A stretch of 64,000 nucleotides of DNA. It comes from Mytilus californianus (Eukaryota). The notes under the pieces were generated by a model. The model had not been told where the DNA came from. It saw nothing but the letters and a program-made list of their open reading frames with translations, and did not search any database. Below, piece after piece: positions 1-12,671 of the stretch. A program made the position numbers and the translations under genes. Position 1 is the first letter of the stretch. Every line of letters starts with the position of its first letter. The stretch is from positions 94,550,001 through 94,614,000 of the forward strand of contig NW_026262690.1 in the NCBI RefSeq assembly GCF_021869535.1, written 5' to 3'.

Positions 1-476
1 ACCTCATAATTTCATCATGTCGATTTTTACTGTTCACTTTCGCTTCTCATGTTTTGTAAACGGTCTTTTATTTTTAAACCCGAACCAGGCATATGCATTC
101 TGTAATTGCGCAAATATTCGTTCTTTGGTCAATTGGCTTATGGATAGTTGTATCAATTTCAACTCTTACATTATTTTTTTTTTAAATATATTTGCATTAC
201 ACATGCAATGGCAGTACCTTTCCAATTACTATTTATGTGTTGTGTCTAAATTAAAGTTGTAACACTTTATAGTGACTGGAAAGGGTAGAAAAATTCATCA
301 GATGAGAAAAGGCTGAAGATGCATGGAAACGGCACCAAATCATTAGATATTGCATCTTATAAAAAGAAACTGAGATTTGGATAGTTCCACTTCAAGGTAA
401 AAATGTTTATCTCTTGTGAAATGAAATAAAAAAATATTGTAACACTGTAGTTAATTAATAAAGATACTATTTACAT

Positions 477-589
477 GTATTTCTGTATTGGCCTTATTGT
501 TGGTCCTCGGCCAGCAGTATTGGCCTTCGGCTTCGCCTCAGACCAATACACCAAGACATGGACCAATAACAAGGACAATACAGAAATAC
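477..589. mobile_element. Short foldback (MITE-like) element with nested inverted repeats and a central GGCTTCGCCTC
   Basis: Arm GTATTTCTGTATTGGCCTTATTGTTGGTCC (477-506) pairs with GGACCAATAACAAGGACAATACAGAAATAC (560-589) with 3 mismatches. An inner stem GTATTGGCCT/AGACCAATAC closes CGGCTTCGCCTC. Superfamily not assigned. Confidence 0.6.
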
Positions 590-689
590 TTACGCAATAA
601 TATTATAGAATGACAGTATGGTTCAATAGCGGGAATCAGCCCCTCAACTACTTTTTACATAAATATTAACTTCTGGCTTCAACTCCTTG

Positions 690-1230
690 TTCGTCTTGTC
701 TGGAGATCTTGTTGTAGTTCCAGTTAGGCAAGCATTTTAGAGACGTATCCCGTCCATCCTCTCTTGACTTGTAATTTCTGGTGATAGATTTTGCCGCTTC
801 ACGTTGTATCTTTTCAAGCTTGTTTTTTTTTGTTACCGTGTAGGGGTCCCATACTATGGCTCCATATTAAATTGTAAGATCCATTCCTAAAGGTCTAGAT
901 CATTGTTCTAATCTGACACAAATTTCAATAACTGGAATGCTACCCAAGTTGAATATATGGTGACCTACTAGAACAGCATTATCACTATTGGAATTGTGTT
1001 TAATACCATGATTGTTCAATGTCATTAACTTAAATGGAGACAGACATTTGACCTGAAAGGTGGTGTGGGAGTGCAAAATCAAAAACTAACTGACTATGAT
1101 ATATGGTTAAAGAATGAATATCAATTACATGGGTCAACATGGTCAAGGGCAGAGTTGTTATGAAATAACAATATGGCAGAGAAGTGGTTTCAAGTTTCAT
1201 ATAAAGCGACCTGACTGACATGAAATAAAA
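690..1230 (-). mobile_element. Degenerate non-LTR (CR1/L2-like) LINE reverse transcriptase 3' fragment
   Basis: The minus strand around 730-870 reads YGAIVWDPYT..KLEKIQREAAKSITRNYKSREDG, matching the LEYAxxVWDPY...LExIQRRAAR C-terminal region of LINE ORF2. It is frameshifted, and the outer boundaries are approximate. Confidence 0.65.
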
Positions 1231-1506
1231 AATCAAAGGAGTATCCCTATTTGTCTAATCTTCAAGGTGAAATAAAACTAGTAAAACAATATTATACTAT
1301 TGTCTAAATCTACAGAAATATAATTTGCTTCAAGTAACAGAAATAACTAGGTCACTAGTAACTTATTTAATGAGTATGTGGGGTATAAGAGCTTGATAAC
1401 AACAGGCTCTTCATAATCATTTGGTTTGAAAAGGTTACTAGTAGTCTATATTCTTGATTTAGAAAAATGTTATTGCAAGACAAAAATCACATTACTTAGA
1501 ATACTT

Positions 1507-1763
1507 TAGATCATTCAGGTAGTCTTTATTTATATGTACAAAAGAACAGCCAGTAGTCATTGGATATTGTAGATCATTCAAATAATCTTGACCTGTTTAT
1601 TAGTACAAAAGAACAGCCAGTAGTCATTGGATATTGTAGATCATTGTGGTAGTCTTGACCTATTTATTTATAGAAAAAAACAGCCAGTAGTCATTGGATA
1701 CTGTAGATCATTCAGGTAGTCTTGACCTATACATTTGTACTAAAAAAACAGCCAGTTGTCATC
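1507..1763. repeat. Minisatellite, about 67-bp unit, about 3.8 copies
   Basis: TAGATCATT recurs at 1507, 1570, 1637 and 1704, each followed by ...AACAGCCAGTAGTCATTGGATA. Confidence 0.85.
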
Positions 1764-4700
1764 TTCACATAACACACACATATACGAATATCAATTATAT
1801 GCTTATGAGACATGTTGGAATGTTAAACTAATTACGGTATGTGAAAATCAAGACTTGCATAAAAAATATCACAATATTAGAGACAGTGGCGTCATTTTTC
1901 CTCAGAGCTTTCAGCTCTTTGATTATTTCACGTGCAGCCGTGAAAAAGGTTCGTTATTCACCGTGTTTCGTGAAATCGATAAAAAGATCAACGTGCAAGA
2001 AATTTTTAATTGTTCGTTCATCGTGAAATGGCAATTCTATTTCGCGTTCTTCCGTGCAGATACACCCCCCTCCCCTTTTACGCCCCTCCACGAAACGTGT
2101 TTTCAATGTACACACGTGTTTGAACAGAAGAATTTAGCGAAGGAATGCAGACGAAATATTCAGAAGATTCACGGTGAAATCGATATAACTAGTAGAAATT
2201 TTGAAGTCAATTTACGGTGGTGTTGAACTGCATGATGGTTTTGAACAAGAATGTTTTGTTTGCAGTAAGAAGTGCCATAATGTCATACAGGGCATCCCTA
2301 ATAATCCAGTCATTATATTACGATCGCTTCGATCACTCCATTAATTTGAATTTTCCAAATATCATGGAATTTTATTGTACTACCTGGATTGGGTAAATTT
2401 GTTCAAAAGGGCTAAATTTTGAAGGAAAAACTAATTTTAATGTATTTTTTTTAGTATTTTACTGAAAAATTAAAATGTACTCAGTTATTTGTAATGGGGG
2501 AAAGTAATTTAGACATCAATGAACATGATGAATAGCTTTTTTTTTTAACAAGACATCAATGAAAAGCTAGTATTTCTCAGTCATCAAAATTTCCTTAAAC
2601 ATGTTTAATGTATTAAATGAACAGTGGACATAATCAAGAAATGCATCAGAAGAAAAAGGTTGATTATTTCATACTGACAGAAAATACAGAAGCATGAGTA
2701 GCAAAATCTCATGTACAAAAATGTATGGAACTTATAATTTGGTACGCTAGAAATGCTACATAAAACTCAACAGTGGCACATCAATCAAAACAGAAAGAAA
2801 GTCGAATCAAATACAAAGTTGAAAGTTGAAGAACATTAACAACAGGGTTTTACTTTAGTTTAATCCATTAGATTTTTTTGTTAAATTGAGATACCGTTTT
2901 CCAAAAACTTTTCATTAATGATAGAATTTACAATCTTGCCCGCGATCATCATTTAAATGTGTGCAATTTTGGAAGACGTCTAGGATTTTAACATTTTGGG
3001 CCATATGAATCCTAAACCCTAAGAAAGAACCGATTGACTTTTGTCCCCCCCCCCCCCCCCTCCCCCCTTATGAAAATTTTTGGATCTGCCACTGTATTTA
3101 GTCTTGAACTGTATGGATAAAGTAATTTACACCCACCAAACACCAAAACATTTAAATAATAAAGATGAAGTAGGGGTAAAAGGAGAGAATACCTGCATCA
3201 TAATATTTGTTATTACATGTGCATTTTGATAAACAGGCCGTGATCAAGACACAACTAGAACTATTTTGATTATTTTTAGTGGTCACTTAATTTGGTTTTA
3301 AGTCATTTCTTTGATACTATAATATCTTAAGTTATTTGAATTACAAGGAACAAAGTTAACAAGCTCACCAAATACTGTTTTAAATTTCAAATAATTTTCT
3401 ATATTTTATATAATTAATTGCGTCCTAAAGTCAAATACAGTTTGCTACTACTGGAGTAGGATCTGTACAACTTTCCTGATCATCAGCTTTTTGGGGTTTG
3501 GGAGGGTGTTGCTTTTGCTTTAGGATTCTGTAGTATGGTTTGTATTTTCCCCTAAAACGAACACCAAGCTGTTTAGGAAGGAGTTCCGTTGTCAAAAGCT
3601 GTGAGTGAAAAGAATGGAAACAAGATTCAGCTCATTCTTAATTTCAATTTCAAAAGAATAAAACATACAATGTTCACCTGCAGCATGTGTGAATATATAG
3701 CACTGGTACCATTAAATCGCAAGACAGGATGCATGTCACATAAAAGATCTAGTGACAGAATTGTATCTTCTGAACCAAAACTTTTAAAGTGCCAGTCTTT
3801 GTAAGAATCAGGTAATTTAGAAAAATTTCAAAACATGACATAAAAAAAACCACCGATCTAACCATCCTATTTTGAAGTTAATCTCATCATGAGTTAGAAA
3901 CGGTAGGTCTTTCGTTTCTGCTTGTCTGGTAATTCGAGAAATCTCTAGATAACTTTTGGTTAGAATGATAGCAAATTACTGAGTTAGCTCCCCTTAATTG
4001 TTAATTTCTAGTGCATTTCAACCAAATTATATCTTGAATTACCAGAACAGAAAAGGAAACGAATGTTATATTCATGCACCATTATACAATTTGAACATAC
4101 ATTAATGTCAACTAGAGTGGGTTTTTGATTGTCATGTTTTCACCACTGCCTGATTCTTAGGCAGATTGGCACTTAACTCAACATGTACAGTTGTACAAAC
4201 GAAAAAAGATCGACAATTGTTGGAATTCAGAACGAAGAAATGATGGTCTTGGTCAACACAACATTGAACATGCTGCTGCCACTGAGTGGCTGGTAGGGGA
4301 TAGGGTTTGGCAAACTAGATACACGAATTACCACAGAGGTCAACCAATGTTACGAGATGCGGGATTTTAACTAGATTTTTAAACTCGACCCTCCCGGGTT
4401 GTTAATACAATCATTAGAATAAAAAAGGTTTTTAGGAGAACGTATAATAAGAATCGGGTCAGAAAAAGCACTTAATTTTTATAACGGTATTATAGCAGTC
4501 AAATCACAGGTACCAGTACAATAAAATAAAATAATAATCAAGAGTGCTTGCGGTTCCTATAAGACAATTGGAAGATACTTCATCTTTCGAAATAGAAATC
4601 ACCTTTTGAACTTTTATGCTAGTGCTATCCCTACCCAAACACTCCCCTCATTATTTATATTTCCAAACGTACGTTGGTTACCCTATACAATTATATATAC

Positions 4701-5211
4701 ACATGAATTAAATTTTTATTAAGTCTGTTTTCATTCGAACTATTGACTTGAAAATTTACTACACCCAATTAATCAATACAGATATTCAAGTAATTGACAG
4801 TTTACTGAAGAATTGATGCATGTGAGATGAATATAAAATTTAATGATGATTATTATGACATTACATTTAATTTATAGAAAAACTAAATGTGATAATTTAA
4901 TGTGAATTACCTATTATGTCGAAGTAAATTATTCATTGACTGGTCGGAAATCGATGCAAATAGAATGTACTAAGCAATAAAGAAAAAAATAAAATTCGTA
5001 ATGAATTATTATGTTTTGTAGTCACGCCATACACTGGCTGCATTTTATGTGACCTTGAGTAGAGTGTAAATATGTTATGATCAGCAGGATAAAATTAAAA
5101 GCAAAATTCAATTAAAATATATATATGTTTTTTTTTTATAATCCTAAATGCTGAGGAAAGTTTCCATGCATCATTTAGACAGAATTACGACCTCTAGATC
5201 ACAGATGCATG

Positions 5212-5420
5212 TCTATAGTGTTTAACGCCACTGTCAGCACTATTGGCTATTTCCTGGTGGTCAGTTCTTATTTGAGGAGGAATTCAGAGACTCAGAGAAC
5301 CATCGACCTTCAGCAGGAAAACTGTCAATCCTAGTCAATTATGATCGGACTCGAACACACCCGAGTTCGGCTAGCGATACAGTTGTGGAACTACTTAGAC
5401 CACTTGGCAACCGAGGCCTC
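5212..5420 (-). mobile_element. tRNA-derived SINE (V-domain-type), near full length
   Basis: Minus strand: A-box-like TTGCCAAGTGGTCTAAG, B-box GTTCGAGTCC, a degenerate GGTTCTCT..G..TCCTCC central domain and a GTGGCGTTAAACAC tail. The same family appears at 37690-37815. Confidence 0.7.
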
Positions 5421-5554
5421 TCTCTACTTTTTTTTCAAATAAACTATATATCAACAACGTATTCATACAGATACAGAAAGTATAGTATACATGTCACGAG
5501 TAATACAAAATGTTGATTTTTAGTTTTTTAGTAACTATACAAATACGAATAGTT

Positions 5555-5990
5555 TGATTGATTGATTGCTTGTTGGTTACTTAACGTCCAGTGGCAATTA
5601 TTCATGCATGTTCAGAACAAGAACAAATTAACAATAAATGCAATAGGTCAATGTAAGAGAGGACGTCCAGGATGAAGGTCGGGGAAATTTGGACTGCCAC
5701 GAATTAATGCGGGTATATTGGATAGGGAAAGAAATTTAGCCTTGCAACAGGCCACCTACGGACCCCCAAAGAGTTGTTGCAAGACACTCTCTTTACACGA
5801 GGCATCGGATTTAACGTCCCCAATTCCCATTCTGACCGGACGTGGCTGCGAACTTGTACATCTTGCACAGCCAAACGTACGCCCCACTATAGCGAGGGTT
5901 TTACTGCCGGTCGGAGGTAGACCAATGGTGACCATATTTCTATTCATCAATCACCCTTGGGTGGAAATACGAATAGAACCAAAGCACCTA
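5555..5990 (-). mobile_element. Interspersed SINE-like repeat with a (CAAT)n tail
   Basis: TTGATTGATTG..TTAACGTCCAGTGGCAA..TTCATGCAT also occurs at about 12722-12990 and 30055-30270. The body segment recurs at about 30730-30890, and GTTAAATCCGATGCCTCG recurs in the opposite orientation near 11915. ORFs 5718-6080 and 5756-5950 lie within this repeat. Confidence 0.6.
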
Positions 5991-6297
5991 TTCTCCAGAT
6001 CTCAAATCATCTCAATTTGTTGTGAACTTGCAGATGCTGGTTGTTGGTGGTTGACGTGGCTGTTGTTATATCGTGATTAATCTATTTATTTTTTTTAATT
6101 TAAATTATGTCGTTTTTTTTTTTGTATTGTGGAAGCTAAGAAACCATTGTACAAAACAATGTATTCAATCAATTGGATGCCAGGATATAATGGCTTGATC
6201 TTTTCTGTAATGTAGGCATCTCATTCAATTGACAATTATCTTCTTGCCAACTTTGACAGTTTATATTTTTGTATCAAATATTAATTTCAGAAGACTA

Positions 6298-7207
6298 TTT
6301 TCATACGCCCGTTTACGGGACGTATTATGGTATACCGTTATCCGTCCGTCTGTCCTCTGTCCTCTGTCTGTCCGTCGTCAATATGTCGGACAATAACTCA
6401 AAAACGCTTTAACCAAACTGCATGAAACTTTGGTGAATTGTTTATATTTATTGACGTGAGCTTCCTTTCGTTTTTTTTTATAATTTTAGATTTTTAGTTA
6501 CCGAGTTATGGGGTTAGATTCATTAAAAAAGGGAGATTTTCCAGTTTTCGGACAATAACTCAAAAACACTTTCACCAATTTGCAAGAAACTTTGGTGAAT
6601 TGTTTATATCTATTGACATGAGCTCCTTTTCGATTTGTATAAATTTTAGATTTTAAGTTTACGAGTTATTAGGCTTTATTCATTAAATAAAGAGGAATTT
6701 TCCAGTATTCGGACAATAACTCAAAAATGCTTTCAGCAGTTTTCATGAAACTTTGGTGAATTGTTTATATTTATTGACGTGAGCTTCCTTTCGTTTTTTT
6801 TTATAATTTTAGATTTTTAGTTACCGAGTTATGGGGTTAGATTCATTAAAAAAGGGAGATTTTCCAGTTTTCGGACAATAACTCAAAAACACTTTCACCA
6901 ATTTGCAAGAAACTTTGGTGAATTGTTTATATCTATTGACGTAAGCTCCCTTTCGATTTTTATAAATTTTAGATTTTACGTTTCCGAGTTATGGGATTTT
7001 ATTCATAAAAAGGGGGTGATTTTCCAGTTTTCGGACAATATCTTTAAAGTGCTCTGAGCAGTTTTCATTGGTGACTGGTGTATATCTACACCGGTTATAT
7101 CTACCTTTAGTTGTTCATAAATTTCTGATATGACATTGCGAAGTTATTGAACTTTATTCTTTGAAAAAGCGACGGGCGTATCATACGCTAATGGCGCAGC
7201 TGTTTGT
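6298..7207 (+). mobile_element. Non-autonomous Helentron-associated (HINE-like) element carrying a 161-bp internal satellite
   Basis: 5' subTIR TCATACGCCCGT (6301-6312) with an adjacent hairpin partner ACGGGACGTAT and a (GTCC/GTCT)n tract. CGGACAATA starts at 6387, 6549, 6710, 6872 and 7032. The 3' subTIR ACGGGCGTATCA (7172-7183) is followed by a short palindrome (CGC-TAATG-GCG) and TTT. This is the established HINE layout. Confidence 0.75.
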
Positions 7208-9450
7208 TTATTTCTGTTATTCTTTTCATATACTCTTTGAAAGTCTTTGTTAAATCATAGATGTAAAAAACTATACATCTATGGTTAAATGTATGCACAA
7301 CTTTTAGACGCGATGTGATTTAGAGATTGTTGTTACCGAATGCATAATTCTTGAAGACCGTAAACAATAAATATCTTTGTATTATTAGTTTTTTTTTTTT
7401 GTTTTTTTTTTGGGGGGGGGTGCTTTCCCATTGACACTTCTCATTTATTCACGTCTATGCTTTCTTTTATTTAAACTTTGGTGTAGGAATTGATTTCTTT
7501 AAATGTGAAGATATGACATAGATGGGTTTATGCATCTATGATATGACCATGTTCGAATAAATAATCTATGGAACAGTTTCATTAGCAGATTTCACAAACT
7601 TCGAAGGGAACTTTCTATGGGAGTTTTAACACGAAGAAACAGTCAGCACCAGCGTTATTTATTTTTTAAAGTTTTTTTCTTTTATTTTTAATCTACCCAG
7701 AAAAGGGAAAAGTTCCAGACCCCTCATTCCTTCTCATACATCCGCCAAGGAGATGAATAGTCATAATATTTACAATCTCACTTCAACAAGTAATATATGT
7801 ATATAAATGTGCAGATAAATTTTCAATAGTCTATAAATCAGATTTAAAGTTCACTCAGCAAATATCTAATAAGTATTTCTCTATAAATCTATAGGATAAA
7901 AAGTTTATTTAGTATAATGTAGTTTATATCATTCGCAGATAGGCGAGGGGATATGAACAAAAGAAAGAAAGACATTCAATTGATTGTTCTAGTCATTGTA
8001 TTCTGGCACCAAATTACTTATTTACACCTGGATACATTGCTTTCTATGGTCGCTCAGCTTCCACAACAACTGAAATACGATATCAATTAAATTAAAGAAA
8101 ACTTATAGATTATTCACGATAACAATCACCCTAAGCTTGAATACACCGCGTTAAAATATACCATTTAAAGTTTACTGTCTGATTGCATACTGTAAATTCA
8201 TTGTTTTTTGGGGGTAACAATTTTCTTGGATTGGAGAAAATTGTTGCTTGTCGATTAATGATTTTAAAAAAATGCTTCATACAAGCCTATAGAAAACTTT
8301 TATATTTATGAACAATTAAATTTGTCACCCCGGGGTAAACATTACTCATAAATTCCCCTATATTTCAGCTTAATTGAAATAGAAGCAGGACACCTTGATA
8401 CTTAAATTTACAAAATTAGGGAAAATTAGCATACATAATTTAAATCCACAGTATCAGCACTTGTGAAACATTTTGCCACACTTTTCCATGGTATTTAACA
8501 TATCAAAAATGTCTGTACCTGTATTTATCCTACAATAAGGCAACTGTTTTAAAATTTCGGGTAAACAAATAAAATTTTGCCTTATTTTGTATTGTCCCCA
8601 TGTTAACTGCTTTCATTTAAGTTAACCTGAAGATAATGTTAAAGTTATGGTGATGTATACATCAGACAACAAACGTTCAATGATATTTTCAAATAGAGTG
8701 TAATAATTCTCTATTGAATCGTGGTCTCAATACTATAGATTTCTATTGTTTCGTTGTCCTCAATCAATAGTGCTCCCCTTTAACATACGATTTTATTAGA
8801 AAACTCTTATTGATTTTTCTCTCTCTGCATCAAATTTTCAATATTTAAATTTACTATCGAATTTATATATATTGTTTACCATTTAGGACCAAATTCTGAT
8901 GTAATGTTTTATACAAACAGGGTTTATATAGATTATGTCAATACATATATTCAAAAAATGTCCATAACTAAACAATATTATCCATCAAATGTTTAATTTG
9001 CAAAGTTTCCATTTTACATTTAATTTATTAGCTTTATAAATTCCCTTGAAGTGAGAGATTAATAGCATAAAGCCCAAGTTCATTTACATTTGTATAGAGA
9101 ATGCAGATATAAATTTCCCCATGTTTTCACACTTGGCAGTTGCGTTTGTATATACCATATAAATTGTTTAATGTTTGCTTACGTATTGTTGCTTCTATCG
9201 ACAGTTGATAGACTATTGTAAAAGAAACTAAGCAAAGGTAGAGAGTGATTGGCGAATTAAAACTTTCATTCTTATTTGCTTGGATGCATCAGGAAAACTT
9301 ATACTTTTACTCTGCAAAAATGCTTTGAACTTGAAGCTATTTTTTAAAGGTTATGATATTGCAATATGTTACATGTGGGAAAAATGTTTTGAAGTTTGGT
9401 CGAGAATTTGAATAAATTTAAGGATTTTATCGCATTAAGAATTAACAAAA

Positions 9451-10107
9451 ATGAAGCAAAAGAACAGAGTTTTGAATATCAGTCCTGAACTGAAATTCAG
9501 GAAGATTCGTAGAGTTTGTGAGAACCAGATGGAACATAATTTACATTCGATTGACAAGAAATGCAATATTCAAAAGGATAAGTTGGACAATTCTATCAAG
9601 TTAGTAAAGAAGCAATTGGAAAATTTGGAATTTGAAAACAATAGGATCGGTGTAGCTCTTCCTAGGATAACTTCCAGTTCAATGTACGGTAGATTATCAG
9701 TGACTCCAGAATCACGACAGAGTATACGAAGAAGTGTTTCTTGTGTTTATGGAGTACTTAGAGATAGACAGTGTCCACACTTCCCCTGTACTGCTCCTGA
9801 TTCTTACCATACGATAGGATTTAGACTGGAACCTGAAGATACAACATGGGTTTCTTGGAAAAAGAAGAAAAAGGAACTAAGTGACGTAGTTAGGTTGTCT
9901 ATGGAAAATTCCACGTTGCTTAATTCTGGAACTTCTCGTCTTCGAACTGAAAGACGAGAAGAAATTCTGAAACAGGAAATGAAAAGGCGTCGAATTGAAC
10001 AACAAAAACAGAAACCTCCTCTATGGGAAACAAACTATGGAAAACCTACGCCTATCAGACGCATAAAATATCCTGTTAGATTATTACCATTAGACGAGAG
10101 TTTATGA
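9451..10107 (+). CDS. Uncharacterised 218-aa basic coiled-coil protein, single coding exon
   Basis: 657-nt ORF with an AAAA-ATG context, far longer than background ORFs here. AATAAA at 10130-10135. Heptad-like segments (IQKDKLDNSIKLVKKQLENLEFEN; REEILKQEMKRRRIEQQKQ). No family recognised. Confidence 0.7.
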   Translation: MKQKNRVLNISPELKFRKIRRVCENQMEHNLHSIDKKCNIQKDKLDNSIKLVKKQLENLEFENNRIGVALPRITSSSMYGRLSVTPESRQSIRRSVSCVYGVLRDRQCPHFPCTAPDSYHTIGFRLEPEDTTWVSWKKKKKELSDVVRLSMENSTLLNSGTSRLRTERREEILKQEMKRRRIEQQKQKPPLWETNYGKPTPIRRIKYPVRLLPLDESL

Positions 10108-11054
10108 TGGAATATTTCTTAGTTCTTGAAATAAATCGGTAAACAAAATCTTCATTTTTTTGTCTTGTTATAATTTTTACAAACTAATCCTCATTTTATT
10201 CGAACTTTCGCAATATACTTTCAAACTGTAGGTTACAATCTTTATGAATAAATTTTGTTGTTATAAGGATTATTTTATTCTATAGAGTGGTGATTTGATA
10301 TTATGGTAATCTGACAAAACCGACACTCGAAAATACACGGATAGTTTTAGTCTTTGTCCGAAATACCAGACTCGATAATTGAAAAACAAAAATATGATTA
10401 GGACTTTTATTACTACTTTAAGACTATTATGTCAAAAAGAAGGATTTAACTTTTTTAGTTTTACAAATATTAAAAACGTAAACACATTGATATACTCCGT
10501 TTTATTCAATTCCGAATGGTGGATTTATTCTTAGGAAATAAATCTTTATATTTGTGAAAATCTTGAGTCAAATGTTGACCAATTTATGACATATTTGTCT
10601 CTGCTAAAAAGGTAAATAATGAAAATATAAAGAACGGTTCTTTGAAATCTGAGACGTGACTGCAAATAATCGTATGTTGAAACAATTATATAAGATATTC
10701 TCATTAAAACAGAGCCACCTGTACATCACCATCTGGAAAACGAAAATATACACACAAAAATTACTAAACTGCAATTTTAAAATCACTACATCTAGATATA
10801 CTTCAATTTGAAAAGGCTTATGAAAGAATCTCCTTTTCCATATATTTTTTCAATAACACATATAATCTAAGGTAGATGATTTTTATAGTATTTTATTCTA
10901 ACAAAGAACTAGAGAAAGGCCTGAGATGCGCATACTCTTAGGTCGGTTCTTGGTGTCATTTGTCTTTATTTTAGCTGTGTTTCTTGCCATTATGATAGGT
11001 CCAACTAATTATACCAGTGTGTTTTTATGTTTGCTGTTACACCATTATCCAAGG

Positions 11055-11365
11055 TTAGGGGTTGTTGAGCGCTCAAAATCATATTTAACTCCGCCTTGTT
11101 TTCTATGTGTCTGTGTCAAACCAGAAGCTTGTTATTAAATGGTCGTTGTTGGTTGTTATCTGTTATAAATCAGAACGTTGTTTGTTTTTTCTTTTGAACT
11201 GTTTCACATTTTGTTCACATTTTGTCATGTTGGGGCCTTTTTAGCTGACTATACGGTATGGGTTTTGCCTATTGTTTAAGGCTAAAAGTGACATATAGGT
11301 GCTTACATTCACGTCATTTTGACTTTTGTGGATAGTTCTCTCATTGGCAACCATATTTCCTTATA
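11055..11365. mobile_element. Interspersed repeat (GGGTTGAG..CTCA..ATGTTTAACCCC core; TGGATAGTTGTCTCATTGGCAATCATACCACATCTCC end)
   Basis: Homologous to 62835-63180 (same orientation) and to 58970-59325 and 32480-32740 (inverted). Partial ends at about 48415-48490 and 57600-57685. Confidence 0.6.
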
Positions 11366-12631
11366 TTTAGATGAAAAGACTCTTCATTAAACAAATATCA
11401 GCAAAATGAAATGTAAATTTCAGTTATAAATATGACACAATATTAAAAGATCACCAAAGTACTCGCACACGAGGCCATGTTACTTTGGAGGTCAATAGAC
11501 ATTCAAGGACGTGGAACATGTCAATACTTTGTTTTAACATATAAATTGAGAAATCAAAATTTGAGAGAAATAATTTTTTTTTTTATTAAATTGTGTGAGC
11601 TGATAAACCTGGGAAAAAGGAAGAAGAAAAAAAACAAAAAATTGAGCCTTCAAACAAGACGAGAGAGCTGGTATAGTTGATTTGAAATAGATTGTGGTTT
11701 TGTCTCGTCTGGGAATGCGAGCGAGAAATACGGATGCTTATCCGGCGCCTACGATAGCATTTTGTATAAAACTTTATATTTCAGAAACCAAAAGGCTTGA
11801 CTGGAGTATAGAAATATTTTAATTCTCTCGTCCTGCCCTTAAATCCGCCGTAAAGTCCGTTAAGCTTTGTGGGATGTATAAAAACGCAGCCACGCCAGGT
11901 CGATATCGAGGCATTAAATCCGATGCCTCGAGTTGGATTAATGCCACACACTTTGCACGTTTAAGAACACTTGCAATTCTTAACAGATACAGAGTTTGCC
12001 TGTTGCAAGAAACGTTCAACTGCAGGTTTAAATTTATCGCCGTCCATCCCGGTCAAACTACTTTGCAGAACCCACATATTGTAACTGTCTTGTCGTCCTG
12101 AATATGCATGTATGAGAAGGTCGGCAGACAAACCTTATACCATATACATGTAGACGGATATACGAGCAGACGTAGTTAGGATAAACGGACGAATTGACGG
12201 AAGCACAGACGAACTGATGTGGGGCAATTAATATAAAGAATATAGGTAATGTTCTTCAAATTTGTATTTATAACTCAATATGCTTATTTATAGAATTTAC
12301 ACAGATACCGCTGTTGTTGAATTATTGTGTTAGTTTTTAATGAACAAAATTCGCACAGTCTTTTATTTTCATCTGTTTTGAAATTATGTACGAATTTACA
12401 TTGGACGCTGCATCGTGTCTTTAGGTAGTGCTTTTCAAAAAATTGCTGTATGAAATCTTCTTCGAAGTACAGTTGTCAATATTAAAGCCTGGTGACAGGA
12501 TTACTATCTCAAGGTTAAGAAATAGTTTGCTTCTGTTGCTATGAACATTCGTTGATATCATTTAGTATTCATTTTCAAACCATCTGACGTACGTTCAAAA
12601 AAGAGTAATTAAAATCAAAGCATATGCTTAT

Positions 12632-12671
12632 TCACTGATGAGTCTTTTGTAGACGAAACGCGCGTCTGGCG
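12632..12671 (+). ncRNA. Minimal type I hammerhead ribozyme (family 1)
   Basis: CTGATGA (12635-41), stem II GTCT/AGAC with loop TTTGT, GAAA (12655-58), palindromic CGCGCG mini-stem III, GTC cleavage triplet (after 12666). Stem I is only 3 bp in this copy (TCA/TGG). Confidence 0.75.

Noticed and set aside
1756-2226. 156-aa ORF
   Set aside because: TTG start, no recognisable motifs or splice structure; it overlaps a motif-rich repeat-like segment.
3046-3068. Poly-C runs (also 44685-44715) as G-quadruplex elements
   Set aside because: Simple homopolymers, common in repeat ends and error-prone in sequencing; no further support.
5345-5420. tRNA gene
   Set aside because: Only A/B boxes are present with no cloverleaf; it continues into a SINE body and tail.
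5718-6080. 120-aa and 64-aa ORFs
   Set aside because: They lie within a multi-copy SINE-like repeat whose other copies do not keep the frame.
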